A stretch of DNA of 64,000 nucleotides from Flaccisagitta enflata (lineage: Eukaryota), in NCBI GenBank assembly GCA_965153355.1, contig OZ231126.1, positions 2,480,001 to 2,544,000 of the forward strand, written 5' to 3'. The first letter of the stretch is position 1; each line of letters opens with the position of its first letter. A model generated the notes under the pieces. The model did not search any database, was not told where the DNA came from, and worked only from the letters and a program-made list of their open reading frames with translations. Both the position numbers and the translations under genes were made by a program. Positions 48,452 through 63,079 of this stretch are shown here, piece after piece.

Positions 48452-49953
48452 TAGGTCATGGAAAGTCAATTTAAGTCAGTTCAGTCACTCAAGGCATTTC
48501 AGTCATTTCAGATCAGAACAGGTCAATTTAGAGAAAACAAGGCCAACACCTATAAGTCGCGTGCAAGACTTACAGACTTAAATTGACTTCGAATGACTTA
48601 TAATTACTTACTGACCAAAAATGACTCAGAATGACTAAAAATGACTTAGAATGACTAAGAATGCTTTAAAATTACTTAGAATACCTTAAAATTACTTAGA
48701 ATGACTTTAAATGACTTAAAGAAATAAAAGTGATAAAAAACAAGGCCGGATATATGGCTACCGAAGTCGCATGAGGGTGGGCAGGGGCCATTTTTGAGGT
48801 AACCAGACCATTTGGGCAAGAGCAGTGAGGTCAAAGAAATAAAATTATAAAAAAAAGTAAAGTGTGACGGACCAACCAACCGACCGCCCAACCAACCGAC
48901 CGACGGACAAAGCAGGTTGTAGAGTCGCGTGCACGCGACTAAAAAAAAATGTGACCAACCAACCGACCGACCAACCAACCGACGGACAAAGCGGGTTGTA
49001 GAGTTGCATGCACGCGACTAAAAAGTGAATTTTGGCCATTTTGTCTCAATTTAAGCTTCGTAAAAGATTCAATTCAAACCCCTCAGATACCGCTCCATTT
49101 GCTTTGGCGAGTAGGCCTGCCCCAGTTGGGTCACATACCAAGGGCATTAGGCATGAAAAAAATTTGCAAAATCTATCTTACCACCAGACACTCCTGTCAT
49201 TCCAATTCGTGTACACGCTAAGTATGAGCCCGCTCTGATAACGGGAACAGGGTAAAAAATGACCCCAAAGTTTTGTTCAGGTGCCTTGTGTGTTAAATCA
49301 ACCTGATCTTACTTCAAGTGAAGGTTTTCAGCAAGAGTAAGTACACGTACTGACTGAGCTTCTCCATAAATTCTGGCGAAGTATCTTGCAATTACCGAGT
49401 CCTGTCTCCTCAAAAGTTTTCATGAACTGTACTTCATTTTGATTTCTGTTTCGATTTCTTTTTCTTTTTTTTTCTTTTTTTCTTATTTTTAAATCCTGCT
49501 GAGAAAACAAAAAGCAAGACCAAGTCAGAGTGCGTTTACGCGTTACGCCAAAGGGTAAGACAGTGACCACGACGAGGAACACGACGATGATCACGATGAT
49601 AAACTCAATGAAAAAACTGTGTGTGTGTGTGTGTGTGTTATTGAGTAAGGCTGTGCAATGCAACGCTTTTGAAGTGCAGTTTTCTGAGCTCTTCAAAAAG
49701 ATAAGAAAACTGCTATGATAATTTCAGAGCTACTTGAAACCTAGGTATTTTTTATGAACTACGTAAAAAAAGAAATGAGACAGACAAAGCAAGAGAGGAT
49801 ATAGTGACAAACATGTTTCATTTCCAGACAGCATATTTCACGCGGGACCGGAAATAGAAAATTCATGCTTGACGACAATTGACGACGTCCTTGCCGCAAA
49901 TTAACGGCGAAAGATGAAAATGATCGGCCAAATCTAGGTATTTAAGAAGCTGC

Positions 49954-50023
<70 letters not shown>

Positions 50024-50206
50024 CATTTGTACAGACAACCCTGAGATTCCATCAGACTTAGAATTCTTGACAACTTGATTTCAGGGAAAGAGGAGCATCG
50101 GAAACCTGGAAAGCTCGTTCTTCTTTGGACCCTCAAGATATCCTCATCACATCATCCAACACAGAATTTCAGGTCCTAATCTTTCTTTACCCAGCATCCA
50201 TCACAG

Positions 50207-52021
50207 TTGGGTGCTTCACATAGCAAAAGTTAGGAGTATCCCTTCACCCTACTTGGGTAATGTGGAGGAGCAAAAATCCTGAAGATAACCATTTTCCTTT
50301 TTTCAAAAATCCTTCATCTTCCGTTTTTGTTTTGGCTTTAAAGTTTCCACAGATTTCCCAGAATTCAGCAAAATCCTGTATAATTTTAGTACAAAAAAGA
50401 CAATTACCATATTTTTTCTAAAAAGTGCCCCGGGCGCTTTTGAAATCGAAATAAAATTTGGTTTTTTAACCCTCCAATTAGCGCCCCCTTTATATTGTAG
50501 ATACATAAACTGTCATTCAGTCTATCTTTTTCATGAAACACTACCAAAATGCTAAATTTGACTCAAAATGGAGATATTCTTTGCATATATCTGTTTGAAA
50601 GTCTTTGAAACTGGCTCATTGTGTTTTATATCATCATTTTATTCAATATTTCTGTTCAAATCTTTTCTGAAAAGTATAACACTAAGAAAAAAAAAGGGGG
50701 GGAGCTTTTTGGAGGGGGGGTGCTTTTGAGAAAAAATACGGTATTTGTTTTAAAAAATCATGAAGTTTATAAAAATAAATGATAATATCAAATCATAAGC
50801 TAATAAAAAGCTTATGAAGAGGAAAATTAATAATTCTTTTAAAAATAGAAATTGATAAAAGCTAATTCAAAGAATGTTAGCATTTTGTTTTATCCTACTG
50901 CATTATGTAAATTAAGTCCTTTAAAACAATTTTCTAAAAAACGGAAGATGAACGATTTTTGATAAAAGAAAAATGGTAAGGGTCTTAAAATTGGCCACTC
51001 CATATTAGGTAAAGAGGGTGAAAAGAAATAACCAACTTATTCTATTTGAAGCACCCAACCATCACAGGTTATACGTGGAGACGCACTCGAAAGCACGCTT
51101 TTCTAAGGACGTTTCATATCATTTTTTTGCCTATTTGCCTGTTGTTAAATTTCTGCAGCCTGGTATTGAATACCCAAAAGGGAGCTTTTTGAGTGCCTCA
51201 TATTGCAAAAGTTGGGAATATCCTTACACCCTGCTTACCTTATATATAGAGGTTAATTTTTTCATACAAACTATTCTAAATATTGTTTTTTTTTTAGAAA
51301 AAAAAAACTAAATAAAAAATTATTCAGGGGTGCATATCGTTCTATGACCATTGATTTTCTTCCCCGCAATGTGTTGCATTACATTAAAATGATTTTCTTG
51401 CTCAGATAGCTATTAAACAGTGTTTCCAAGGTTTAAATAGTGGCAAATTGTGTTTTACTAATCAGTATTTATAATTTGGTACTGCCAATAATTTTATTTT
51501 TTTTTTATTTTTTTTTTCCTCCCTTAAGTTTTTTCCTCCACCTCTAAACCCTTTAATTATTCCCCCCCCCCTTCCCACTGTAAACAGGCCTGGAATTTTT
51601 CCTTCTCATTGATTTCTGTTGATAACTTCAACATTGGGGAAAAGCTCCCACACTCATGGCCTAGATAACCTCCTTATTGACTAGCTGATAGGTTCATCAG
51701 ATTTTTTTTTCATATTTTGTTTTTACCTAAACGGAAAAGAGAAAAAGTAGGACCACTGTCCTAATAGTGAAGAACAATATGCTGATTGGGAATGCTAAAC
51801 GTGAGCTCGATCGGGCAAGTATTTCTAATTTTAAAGCGCCGGGACTAAAAATACAGAAAGGAAATTGTTCAAAATTATCTATAATTTCTGATGTCTTAAC
51901 TAAAAAAAAAAAAAATAAATAATTTTAGATATCAAAATGATCTTCAAGATTTTTTTTCTTCTCTGTATCATATAAGCAGGGTAAAGGGATACTTTCAACT
52001 TTTGCTATATGAAGCACCCAA
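50207..52021. mobile_element. Non-autonomous TIR element (tgggtgcttcacatagcaaaagtt) with a nested MITE at ~50406-50743
   Basis: TIR mirrored at 51998-52021; nested taccatatttttt / aaaaaatacggta ends. Confidence 0.75.
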
Positions 52022-54677
52022 GGACTGGCTTTAGAGGGGAAGCGAGAGCAAGTTGGGATTGGGAAATAACGAGGCCAAGTAAGGTGCGACGTATGGATCG
52101 TAGAATGAATGCGTTACCCTACCAACCGACTGAATGACGGACACAGCCAGTTATAGAGGTGCTTTGTCGCACCTAAAAATCGCCATACATCAATATTATA
52201 TATCTAGTTTATATTGGGAGGTCGCTTCTGGTCGGTGCGGGGTGAGAGAGAGTGACAGACACAGAAAGACAGACAGACACAGACAGAATCGTTTACAGAT
52301 AATTTCCGTATTGCATCCTGCTTCAGTGTTGTATTTCTTGTTCTTTTGAAACAAATAGAAATCTCATCTCATACAAAAATTATTGTGTTATGCTAGAATT
52401 TATTTTAGCCTCCTTAGTCAGTGTCCCGTGGGGAGGTGGGGAAATTCGTTGGAAGGAAGGGGTTACTGTATGTAAAAGAGGCTATTGCAAGATCAGTGAT
52501 AGGGGAAAAACCAGCTGCCAGTTAGTCAGACTTCGATTAGCTTCAGACGCAACAGTTAGTTAGATTGGTCCCGGACTTAGAAAAAAAGTGAGCAATTTTG
52601 TCCAGAGAACTGCAAAGGCGGTTTTTCCGAAAAGGTGCAGCAGAGATGCAGCCAAGGTTCAAACTAAAAATACAAGCGCTTAGCTGAGATGAGGCACTGC
52701 GCCTGGCTGGTGCCGCCAAGATCAAGGTATGTTTTTCGCCCAAACATTGGCTTAGGGATGTTCAGACAGTGGTTGTGAACCAGTTGTCCGCAACAATATT
52801 GTGACCCCATATCACTTGTTACTATGACAACACCGATAAGCTACTGTTACAAAAAAAAAATTTGACCATTATATGTTCTTAGTCGCGGACACGCGACTCT
52901 ACACCTTACTGTGTAGGTCGGTAGGTCGGTAGATCTATCCGTCACATTTTTGAATTCCAAGCGGTTTTTGCATTACTGCTCCTGCCCAACCGTCCGCGAC
53001 TAGAATGCCGTGTATCCGGCCTTGTTTGATGAACACTTTAGTGCAACCTATCAAATGAAAGGAAAATTTGTCAAAATTACAAATTTGCAAACATAAATGT
53101 AATATTAATTCATTCTTCTTACAAAATTTTGAAAATCAGAGATACTTTCTAAAAAATTGCTCTAAGAATGATTTTATTTTTGGCAGACATGTGTTTACAC
53201 TGTCTGGACTGCTCTGTGCTGATAATTGGGCGGATCACGCACCTTGATCCTGGCGGCACAATCCAGGTGCAGAGAAAGAAAGTTGTTATTTTATCCATCA
53301 TTCATTTGTGAAATCTTGAAACACCCTGTACTGATAATCCATAGGCCTAACAGAAAGAAATGATAAATCAATGTGTAACGCAGCTTGTATTTGTTCTCTT
53401 TTGGCTGTTGTGGGTCAGTCAAGTGACAGTCTCAGCTATTTAGAAGCCAGATTGCAAGGTTGTAATGAGCAAAAAAGACAAAATGTCTTGTTGAGGGAGG
53501 ATGGAAGATATCTGACCTGGTCAAATTTCAATGATATGAGAACAGAATGTAGGGAAGGTTAGCAGAGAGATAAAATGAAGATTGATTAATTGATAGATAG
53601 AAGGATAGATTCAAATGTTTCATGATGGCCGGAGAGGTGGCCTAATGTTGCATGCGATTTGGGCGGGGGTAGGAGCAATGATGCAGAAGCTTTGGACAAT
53701 GATTCACTCATTGTTTTGACTCCTTTAAAATTACGTTTGGAGTTACTTGCAGAATACAATGGTACTTAACGGAATATAACATACTGATGTAAAGATAAAC
53801 AATCATCATGTCCAACTTCTGATTACTGGTTTCACCATATTCCGTAATCTGTAGTATCTGTGATTACTTCCTACTTGTATTTTTTTTCATTTTTGCTCAC
53901 TTAACCCCAAAAATGTGTGTTTCTTTGGGGCACAATTTTGAGAGTTCTAGTTGTGCTAGAGGGCTGAAATTTTGCACGGAGACTTAGTAAGGGATAAGGA
54001 ACAAATGGTGGTAAGAATTAGAATTGTAGATTTTTTCTACTCAAACTTATACGAACCTTAAGTCATTTTAGGTCATTTCAATTCATTTTTAGGTATTAAA
54101 AGTCATCTGGATCCAGTGAAAGTCATTTTTTCTGCATCATTGCATATACTACCTATAGCTCATCCTTGTGTCTTCTTGATCCAGAAATTATTTTGGGGGA
54201 TAAGACTTGGTGAATTGCCTAAGCAGCCCTTGAAATTTTTAGTCACGTTCTACGTGACTCTATGACCCGCTATGTTGGTCGGTTGGTCGGTCCATCCATC
54301 CGTCCATCCGTCCACACGCGACTAGGGTAGCCGTGTATCTGGCCTTGTTGATCACTGCCCCTGCTCACCCCACGCGACTTCGGTAGCCGTGTATAAGGCC
54401 TTGTTTCAGCCACAGGCGTTTTTTCAGTCAAGTTTTTAGTTGCAGACAAGCAACTCTATAAGAGGCCTTGTCCGTCTGTTGGTCTGTTGGTCCGTCGGTC
54501 CATTGGTCCGTCGGTCCGTTGGTCCGTCGTCATGCTCGTGTTGTCACGCTCAAACTGAAAACGCGAAAAACGTGTATTTTTGATGCTACAGTTAGTATTG
54601 TTTGTGTGTGAGTGTGTTGGAGGGGGGTTGGGAGTGTGGTTTAAACCTCAAGCGTAAAAGTGCTATACTTTCTTATA

Positions 54678-55043
54678 ACGCTAACCCTAACCCTAACCCT
54701 AACCCGCGACGCTCATGAGCGGGTGCATGTCGCTCACTTACTGAAACATTAACCCTAATCTCCAAACCCTAACCCTAACCTCCAAACCCTAACCCTAACC
54801 TTATTTGACTTCACTTTGGAGGTATATGGGTTAGGGTTAGGGTTAGGGTTAGGGTTTGACTTCACTGTTGAGGTATATGTTGCGGGTTAGGGTTAGGGTT
54901 AGGGTTAAACTTCACTTTGGAGGTTTATGTTGCGGGTTAGGGTTAGGGTTAGGGTTTGACTTCACTTTGGAGGAATATGTTGCGGGTTAGGGTTAGGGTT
55001 GAGGGTTAGGGTTGGAGTGGAGAGGTTAGGGTTAACCTAACCC
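54678..55043. repeat. Interstitial telomere-type repeats (CCCTAA)n then (TTAGGG)n interleaved with a ~26-bp spacer
   Basis: Direct reading; unit gacttcactttggaggtatatgttgc+(gggtta)3-4 occurs four times. Confidence 0.9.
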
Positions 55044-55195
55044 GTTTAGGTGAGTGAATGGGTTTTCATTTTCTTATGAGAAAGTTGAGGATGTCCATCG
55101 AGCGATTGGGGCCTCCAATGAAATTGAAAGGGTAAGTAAATTTGATAATTCTCTTTCATTTGGTGCCAAGCAGAATGCTCTACAACAAATATTTT

Positions 55196-56680
55196 TGTCC
55201 GCGACGGAATACCATTCCGACGCGGACTATAATTCGAGGCGGGTGGGTGTCGTCGTTGTCGTCGTCGTTGTTGTCGTTGTCGTCGTCCACACTTTTAAAA
55301 ATGGGCTAACTTTTGAACGCCTTGACCGATTTGCTTCATATTTGGAGGGAAGTTGTATTAGGGTAAGCCGCTTTGCAGCCTATGCGTATGTTATGATCCG
55401 ACCCACCCAACCGGCCCAACCAGCCTACCAGCCTAAAAGTGAAAAATGTACATAACTTCGGCATTTTTTAACCGATATGGTTCAAATTTGGTATGTAGTC
55501 CCTAAATGGAAGAACTCAACATATGTATTTGAATTGTAAAGATTTTAGCATGCTAACCGGCCAAACCGGCCTACCAACCAACCAGCCTACCAGCCTAAAA
55601 GTGAAAAACGTGCATAACTTTGGCATTTTTAAACCGATTTGGTCAAAACTTGGTATGCAGTCTCTAAATGGTAGGACTCAACTTATGTACTTGATTTGTA
55701 AAGATTTTAGCATGCTAACCAGCCAAACCGGCCTACCACCCAACCAGCCTACCAGCCTAAAAGTGAAAAACGTGCATAACTTTGGCATTTTTCAACCAAT
55801 TTGGTTAAAACTTGGTATGTAGTCTCTAAATGGAAGGACTCAACATATGTATTTGATTTGTAAAGATTTTAGCATGCTAAACGGCCAAACCGGCCTACCA
55901 CCCAACTAGCCTACCAGCCTAAAAGTGAAAAACGTGCATAACTTTGGCATTTTTCTACCGATTTGGTTAAAATTTGGTATGTAGTCCCTAAATGGAAGAA
56001 CTCAACATATGTATTTGAATTGTAAAGATTTTAGCATGCTAACCGGCCAAACCGGCCTACCACCCAACCAGCCTAAAAGTGAGAAACGTGCATAACTTTG
56101 GCATTTTTCAACCGATTTGGTTAGGACTTGGTATGTAGTCTTTAAATGGAAGGACTCAACATATGTATTTGATTTGTAAAGATTATAGCATGCTAACTGG
56201 CCAAACCGACCAAACAGCCGTTTGACAACGCCATTTGACAACGCCATTTGACAACGCCATTTGACAACGCCATTTGACAACGCCATTTGACAACGCCGTT
56301 TGACAACGCCGTTTGACAACGCCGTTTGACAACGCCGTTTGACAACGCCGTTTGACAACGCCGTTTGACAACGCCGTTTGACAACGCCGTTTGACAACGC
56401 CGTTTGACAACGCCGTTTGACAACGCCGTTTGACAACGCCGTTTGACAACGCCGTTTGACAACGCCGTATGCCAACGCCGTATGCCAACGCCGTATGCCA
56501 ACGCCGTATGACAACGCCGTATGACAACGCCGTATGACAACGCCGTATGACAACGCCGTATGACAACGCCGTTTGACAACGCCGTTTGACAACGCCGTTT
56601 GACAACGCCGTTTGACAACGCAGTTTGACAACGCCGTTTGACAACGCCGTTTGACCCCAGTCGCGGACCCATACTCTTTT
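55196..56680 (+). mobile_element. DINE-1/Helentron-like element carrying a 162-bp x5 satellite and a 13-bp minisatellite
   Basis: 5' gtccgcg...cgcggac inverted repeat, (gtc/gtt)n, 162-bp units (cctaaaagtga at 55432, 55594, 55756, 55918, 56072), (tttgacaacgccg)n at 56218-56654, 3' cgcggac; absent from the paralogous site near 2335. Confidence 0.8.
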
Positions 56681-57659
56681 TAAGATTTTTTGCGTTTTGG
56701 TTTTTTAAAGATTTATTTACAAGAAATTAATTGAATTTTTTTCAATTTATTATGATTTTAAGTAGAATCAATAAAAGAGTGTATTTGTGTTTGTTTGAGC
56801 ATGCAAATACAAAAAAAAACGTGTTTATAAGCATAGCTGCTCATCTGTGAGGGTGTTTTTGAGCATTATAGCTCATTAAGTTCATTTTGCTCTCTCTTTT
56901 TTTCTTATTTCAAATGCGATAAATGAATAAATACTTTGATACACGTTTAAGCAAGCAGATACAAAAAAACATGTTGGTCCATTATTTCCTCTGCTGTTTT
57001 GATTTGATCTTGTTGCCAACTGTATTTCTTTTAATTTTTCCTGTGCTACACTACTGTGTGAATGAATGTCATACATAACTGCTCTTCTGTGAGGGTGTTT
57101 TTAGGTATTCTAGCTCACCTAACTAATTTAGCTCAGTCCTTTTTTTTTTTTGACTTTTAATGGAATAAATAAATAGATATTTGATGTGAGCATGCATATA
57201 CAAGAAAGCATGTCATTGAGCATAGGTGGTTGTTTGGTTGAGTGATTTTGAGTATTTTAGCTCATCTAGCTCATTTGGCCCAATCCTATCTTTCTCTGAT
57301 TCTAACAAATAAAAAGTGACCAATGCTTACGACTTTTTTCCTCACGCCGACAGCCGTCATTACTGGTAAACTACTTCATTGTTCATAAAATCATATATTT
57401 TAGATTGAGAACATTTTAACAGTCTATGACGCACTGAAAATTACCATAGAATTAGCTTCCCAAGCCAGATGTATCATGATTCTCATAACATCAAATATGA
57501 TGAAATTTTTTGCTTGGGTGTCATCAATTAACATGTGAATAGATATATTTTGCATCAAACAACTTTAATAAGTCAGTTCAAGTCTTGAATCATGTATTTT
57601 ATGGTCGAAAAACTAGACAAAATGCAATGAAAATCCCACTTTGTTATTGTACCATGACC

Positions 57660-57802
57660 CACACAGAATTCCAAATTTGCATAGAAAACCAAAATCTCAA
57701 CAAAATAAGAACATAGCGCGATCCCTAACTCAGTTACTGAGCGCGCTATGTTCTTGTTTCATGTAAATTTTGATTTTCTATGCAAATTTGGAATTCTGTG
57801 TG
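57660..57802. repeat. ~140-bp hairpin
   Basis: cacacagaattccaaatttgcatagaaaa ... ttttctatgcaaatttggaattctgtgtg; related sequence at ~44365-44445. Confidence 0.8.
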
Positions 57803-58295
57803 AGCTTAAAATAAATCGATGTCACTAATTTCTTTACTTTTTCTCAACTTCATGGTCAAATTTCCTTTATTTCTTTTTCCCATTCTATCATTTGGCAATA
57901 ACGGATCATTTTTCTTGTATAATTAAACATACTAAAGTTAAAAGAAAATAAAGCAGATATTGATAACATAGATATGCTTATGCGATTGGTTTGTTTGTCC
58001 TACGGGTAAATTCCTCCATCTTTAGTTTCAGTGCGTCCTATGGACAAAACGAGGATGGTAGATTTTACTAATCAGTGATAAAATGCTAAGACGAGTTTTA
58101 TTTTAAAACGTAGGCGTATAATTGCCTTGTAGAAATTTACTTAGGACAGAAATCTATTAAGCAAAGAACGATTACTACACGGAGGCCATCTGAAATTATG
58201 ATAAGGACTTCACATGAATTGAAAACAAATGTCACCATTTAACAGACGCACTTGCATCAAATTTGTGCAATTCAACAACAACAACAACAACAACT

Positions 58296-58368
<73 letters not shown>

Positions 58369-58916
58369 AAACAAGAGATGGCCGCCATGAATGGCATTTA
58401 CGAGACCTGCAAGGGACGGTGAGCCTAGAATACTTTGGAGCCGTAACGGCTATCAAGTCATGTCACACACCGTTATTTCCTATAAGAAACTTAACCCACT
58501 AATAAATGTAAGGGGGCGAGTAGGCAAACGTTTCCTACGGGCGTCTGAGTTTGTTTCTTACCGTTTAATCGCGTTTGTTATCACCCGCGTTATCTATTTA
58601 CTGCGTAGAAAAGTGACTACCTCGTGGGTAAGGTAAGGTAAACAAAACGTAGATCATTTGTTTTCGGGACGTGCGTTAAAAGGGCGGTTGAGAGGAAGAT
58701 ATTCTTTCAGCAGTTTTTTCTGTACATCAAATTTCTTTGCTGGTTAAGTTTTCAATTCAAATGGGTGAGATCACGTCATTGATAATATTAAACTATGCCC
58801 TTGCGCAAGTCTCTGCAGTTTGTGCCTCTGTCTGTGCCTCTGTCTATCTGTCCGTCTTTGTGCCTCTGATATATCTGTATGTCTGTCTGTCTGTCTGTCT
58901 TGTCTGTCTGTGTGTT

Positions 58917-59183
<267 letters not shown>

Positions 59184-59800
59184 GCCTAGTGTTATTCTCG
59201 AAAGAGAAAGAAAAAGAGAAAGACAAAGACAGAGCTGAAACGGACAAAGACCGACTCTTATCTAAAGTGAAACAGGGAAGAAAGACAGCTGGGACAAGTA
59301 CAGAATACTTAAACCCAAGGCAGTTGAAATCTTTGTGTAAAGAAAATTTGGTAAATAAAGAAAGTAAGGTACTAAGGTAAATAAGGTAAACTTAAAGTGT
59401 AAAGAAAGAGGGAGCGTAAGGTAAACAATGATATAAAAAATTGGTGGGGGCAAGGTAAGAAAACAATGTTCATTTGACTACGCACGCAGCCTACGCAGGT
59501 TAGAGGGCAGCTAAATCACGTTGTGTGTCAACGACAGCAACAACGACAGAAACAACAGCAACAACAACAACATCGGAAAATACAGGTTCCAGAAAGCGCA
59601 TGACAATTGGCGTGAAAAAGATGCAACAAAGAAGACTTCTTAGGAACTGGCATCATCATCGTCAATTCATCATCATCATCATTCGTCACCTTCATCATGG
59701 AAAAGGGTCGTCAAAACGATTCCAGTTATGGTTTTCTCAGGAGAAGCAGATTAGTCGACGGGATCAAGCTACCAGAATGCGCGATTTGCTACGCTGTGTT

Positions 59801-60529
59801 TGGGTGCTTCACATAGCGAAATTTAGGATTTCCCTTCACTTTATTTATGCATGATGTATTGCGTTGCATCTAAAAATCTATGATTTTTTCCTTTAAAAGT
59901 GATAAAATACTATTGTTTGTTTAAATAGTGTTAAAATGTGCTGTAATAATTGAATATCGTCTTTTATAACTATCAAAAGAATTAATTCTTTTAAGATTTT
60001 TTTTTCTCTATTTCCAAACCGTTTGATTTTTCCCCTCCCTCTTCGCAATTTACTAAAAAACGGATAAACAATTTACGAAAAAACAGTTTACTAAAAAGAA
60101 ATCTACTAAAAACCAATTTATTATTAAGCAATTTATTAAAAGCAATTCACAAAAAATTAGATAAACAATTGTATAAAAGGAAGAAATTAATATAGATTTA
60201 TCTATTTGTATTATGCAAATTCTTTTTACAAAACAATTTACTAAAAAGCGAAAAATAAACTATAAAAAGAAAAATTTATGAAAATTTACTGCAGAAGGAC
60301 CCCGCCTCATTGGTCCCATTGGGACTGAAGATTTTTCACCTTTATCTCAGGATAACCTAGAAAGAGAGGTGAAATCACACAAGAAACTACCATTTAGGAC
60401 CTAAAAATGTTGACCTTTATTGATGGGGAACCTTAAGAAGCGGCACTGTTATTGCGGGGTTCCACTGTACTACATACTAGATTAAAAAAGTGAAGAGAAA
60501 TTCCCAACTTTTGCTATGTGAAGCACCCA
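59801..60529. mobile_element. Second copy of the tgggtgcttcacatagc TIR family
   Basis: tgggtgcttcacatagc ... gctatgtgaagcaccca. Confidence 0.8.
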
Positions 60530-61091
60530 GTCGCAGCGTCGACGGGATGTAGTTTCGAGATTTAACATTTCGCTTGTTGCATGATCTTCAGTTGGTGGAA
60601 GATCGACTAAGATCGACGTACCGATGCATTGTGATTATGCAGTTGACGGCAAACTGTAGAATAACGATAGAGACGATGATTCTGACTCAGCAGACTAGGA
60701 GGAAAAACTGCCCGGGATTTGGCGTCGAAATGGCTGCTCGACACTTGAAAGAATTGTGCCATCACTGACGTCATCGCCATCAACGATTGGCTTCCCACGT
60801 GGAGGCGCTTACTCCTAGCAGGAGTAGATGCCCTTATTACGGAATACGGATAACGGTCGAGCAGACAACGCCGTCATCGGTGGTCAGAGACAGAAAGACG
60901 AACTACGGATGAGTTATGCTGAAATCGCAATGAAGATGATCTGCAAACAGATGGCGATCAAGAAGCTGGCATATTACTTGCTGCTGTGTTGACGGAAACG
61001 TGGATGACGATGATGGGAAGACAAGTTGAGGGTTCAGCATGTAAGAGTGAGAGCGAGAGAGCGAGAGAGCGAGAGAGAGAAAGAGAGAGAG

Positions 61092-61182
<91 letters not shown>

Positions 61183-61950
61183 AGGTCGCCCAAGGGCAAT
61201 ATGTGGTCAGCGATACCCGTTGCCCTGCTTTAAGTGATTGTAAATTTGAGTGAAGGGAAGCAGGGCAGCGGCCCCAAAGGGGACGAAGTCCTGTAGAACA
61301 CAGGGGGACTTTTGTTCATCCTGCCTCAAAAAGTGGATGAGATGCTAAAGAGGGCTGACTGAGGGCCTTCAAGAGCCTGAACTGAGGTTTAAGAAGGCTG
61401 ATGAAAGGCCTGAGAATGCCAATCGGAAGCTTGGGAAGGCTGATCTGAGGCTTAAGAGAGCTGGATCAAGGCTTGAAAGGTCAGAGGACTGATTTGAAGC
61501 CTGAGAGCAATAAATTGAGGCTTAAATAGCTAATTTGAGGCCTGAGAGGCCTAGTTTGAGGCCTGAGAGGCCAGGCTTCAGGCCTGATAGGCCAGGTTTC
61601 AGGCCTGACAGGCCAGGTTTCAGGCCTGAGGATTTGGATTTGAGGCCTAAGAAGCCTAATTTGAGGCCTGAGAGGCTAGGTTTGAGGCCTTAGAGGTTGG
61701 ATTTGAGGCCTGAGAGGCCGGATTTGAGGCTTGAGAAGCTGGATTTGAGGCTTGAAAGGCCGGGTTTGGGGTCTCAGAAGCCAGATTTGGGGTCTCAGAG
61801 GCCAGATTTGAGGTCTCAGAGGCCAGATTTGAGGCCTGAGGAGCCTGATGGGGGGACGAACGGACGGACGAACGAACGAACAAACGGACAAAAGAAAGTC
61901 CCCCTGTGTTCTACAGGACTTTGCCCCCTTCGGGGCCGCTGCCCAAAAAG

Positions 61951-61981
<31 letters not shown>

Positions 61982-62944
61982 AAAATAGTCGCAAAAGCAT
62001 TACATGGTCAGCGGTACCCGATGCCCCTAAGTTAGTGTACGTGGGAATGAGATTATGAGAGGGGCAGCGGCCCAGGAGGGGCGGATGACCTATAATTCTA
62101 CATAGGACAATTTTCTCCGGTTTGAGAAGCTGGTTTGGAGGGCTGAGAGGCCGGATCTTGGGTCTGAAAGGTCTGATTTGGGTCTGAGGGGTGTAATTTG
62201 GGGTCTGAGGGGTCTTATTTGGGGTCTGAAAAGCCTTATTTGGGGTCTGAGGATTGATATGGGTCTGGGAGGCTTAATTTGGTGTCTGAGAAGCCTGATC
62301 TTGCGTTTGGGAGGCCTGATTTGGGGTCTGAGAGCCCTGATTTTGGGTCCGAGAGGCCTGATTTAGGATTTGGGAGGCCTGATTGGAGATATGAGAGGCC
62401 TGATTAGGGGACAGAAAGGTCTGATTTGGGGTCTGAAAGGCCTGATTTGCGGTCTGAGAGGCTTTATTTGAGGCTTGGGGAGGGGGGGTTGTACGGAAAA
62501 TGAAAATGGGAGAAAAATGCCCTTGGTGGAATCATAGGTCATCGGCCCCTCCAGGGCCGCTGCCCAAAAAAGAAGGAAAGGTGACGGCAGACTGAAGGAC
62601 CAATTTGACTGCCGACTATTTCTTTCCTTCTTCGTCTTGGTCTATCAATCCACTTTAAACTGTTTTATGGAGGCAATTATCATTACAATTTTTACAGCGA
62701 TAACTCTGTTGGTGCGAATGACAATGTAGTTAGGAAATGATGTCAATGGATCCGGATCTGCCGCCAAGTCGTTGCCAGAGGAGGAGGAGGCGATGGTGAA
62801 TTCAGTCGTCGACAGAGAAGCGGCGTTGGCGGACAAACAACAACAACAACAGCCACAATAAAACCAACAATTAGTGCTTGCGTGCCTCATGGTCACCAAC
62901 AACAGTAGCTCCATCGAAGAGAATTAAAATTGAAGGATTTTCTC

Positions 62945-62980
<36 letters not shown>

Positions 62981-63079
62981 CTTGCTTGCTACAAGGAAGC
63001 TACTTCATCTCTCAAAAAATGTAATGAAAAAATGTTATGTTATGGACATGCTGAAAAAAAGATTATTTTTTTGTTCTGT

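Noticed and set aside
52545-52726. Coding-like stretch ending in a gtatgt donor
   Set aside because: Two in-frame stops and no recognisable motif.
54805-55000. Repeat-spacer pattern as a CRISPR array (also the 72-bp array)
   Set aside because: The spacers are near-identical rather than unique, there are no cas genes, and the context is eukaryotic.
54678-55043. Telomere-telomere fusion site
   Set aside because: A fusion would read TTAGGG then CCCTAA; the observed order is the reverse, and the tracts are short and spacer-interrupted.
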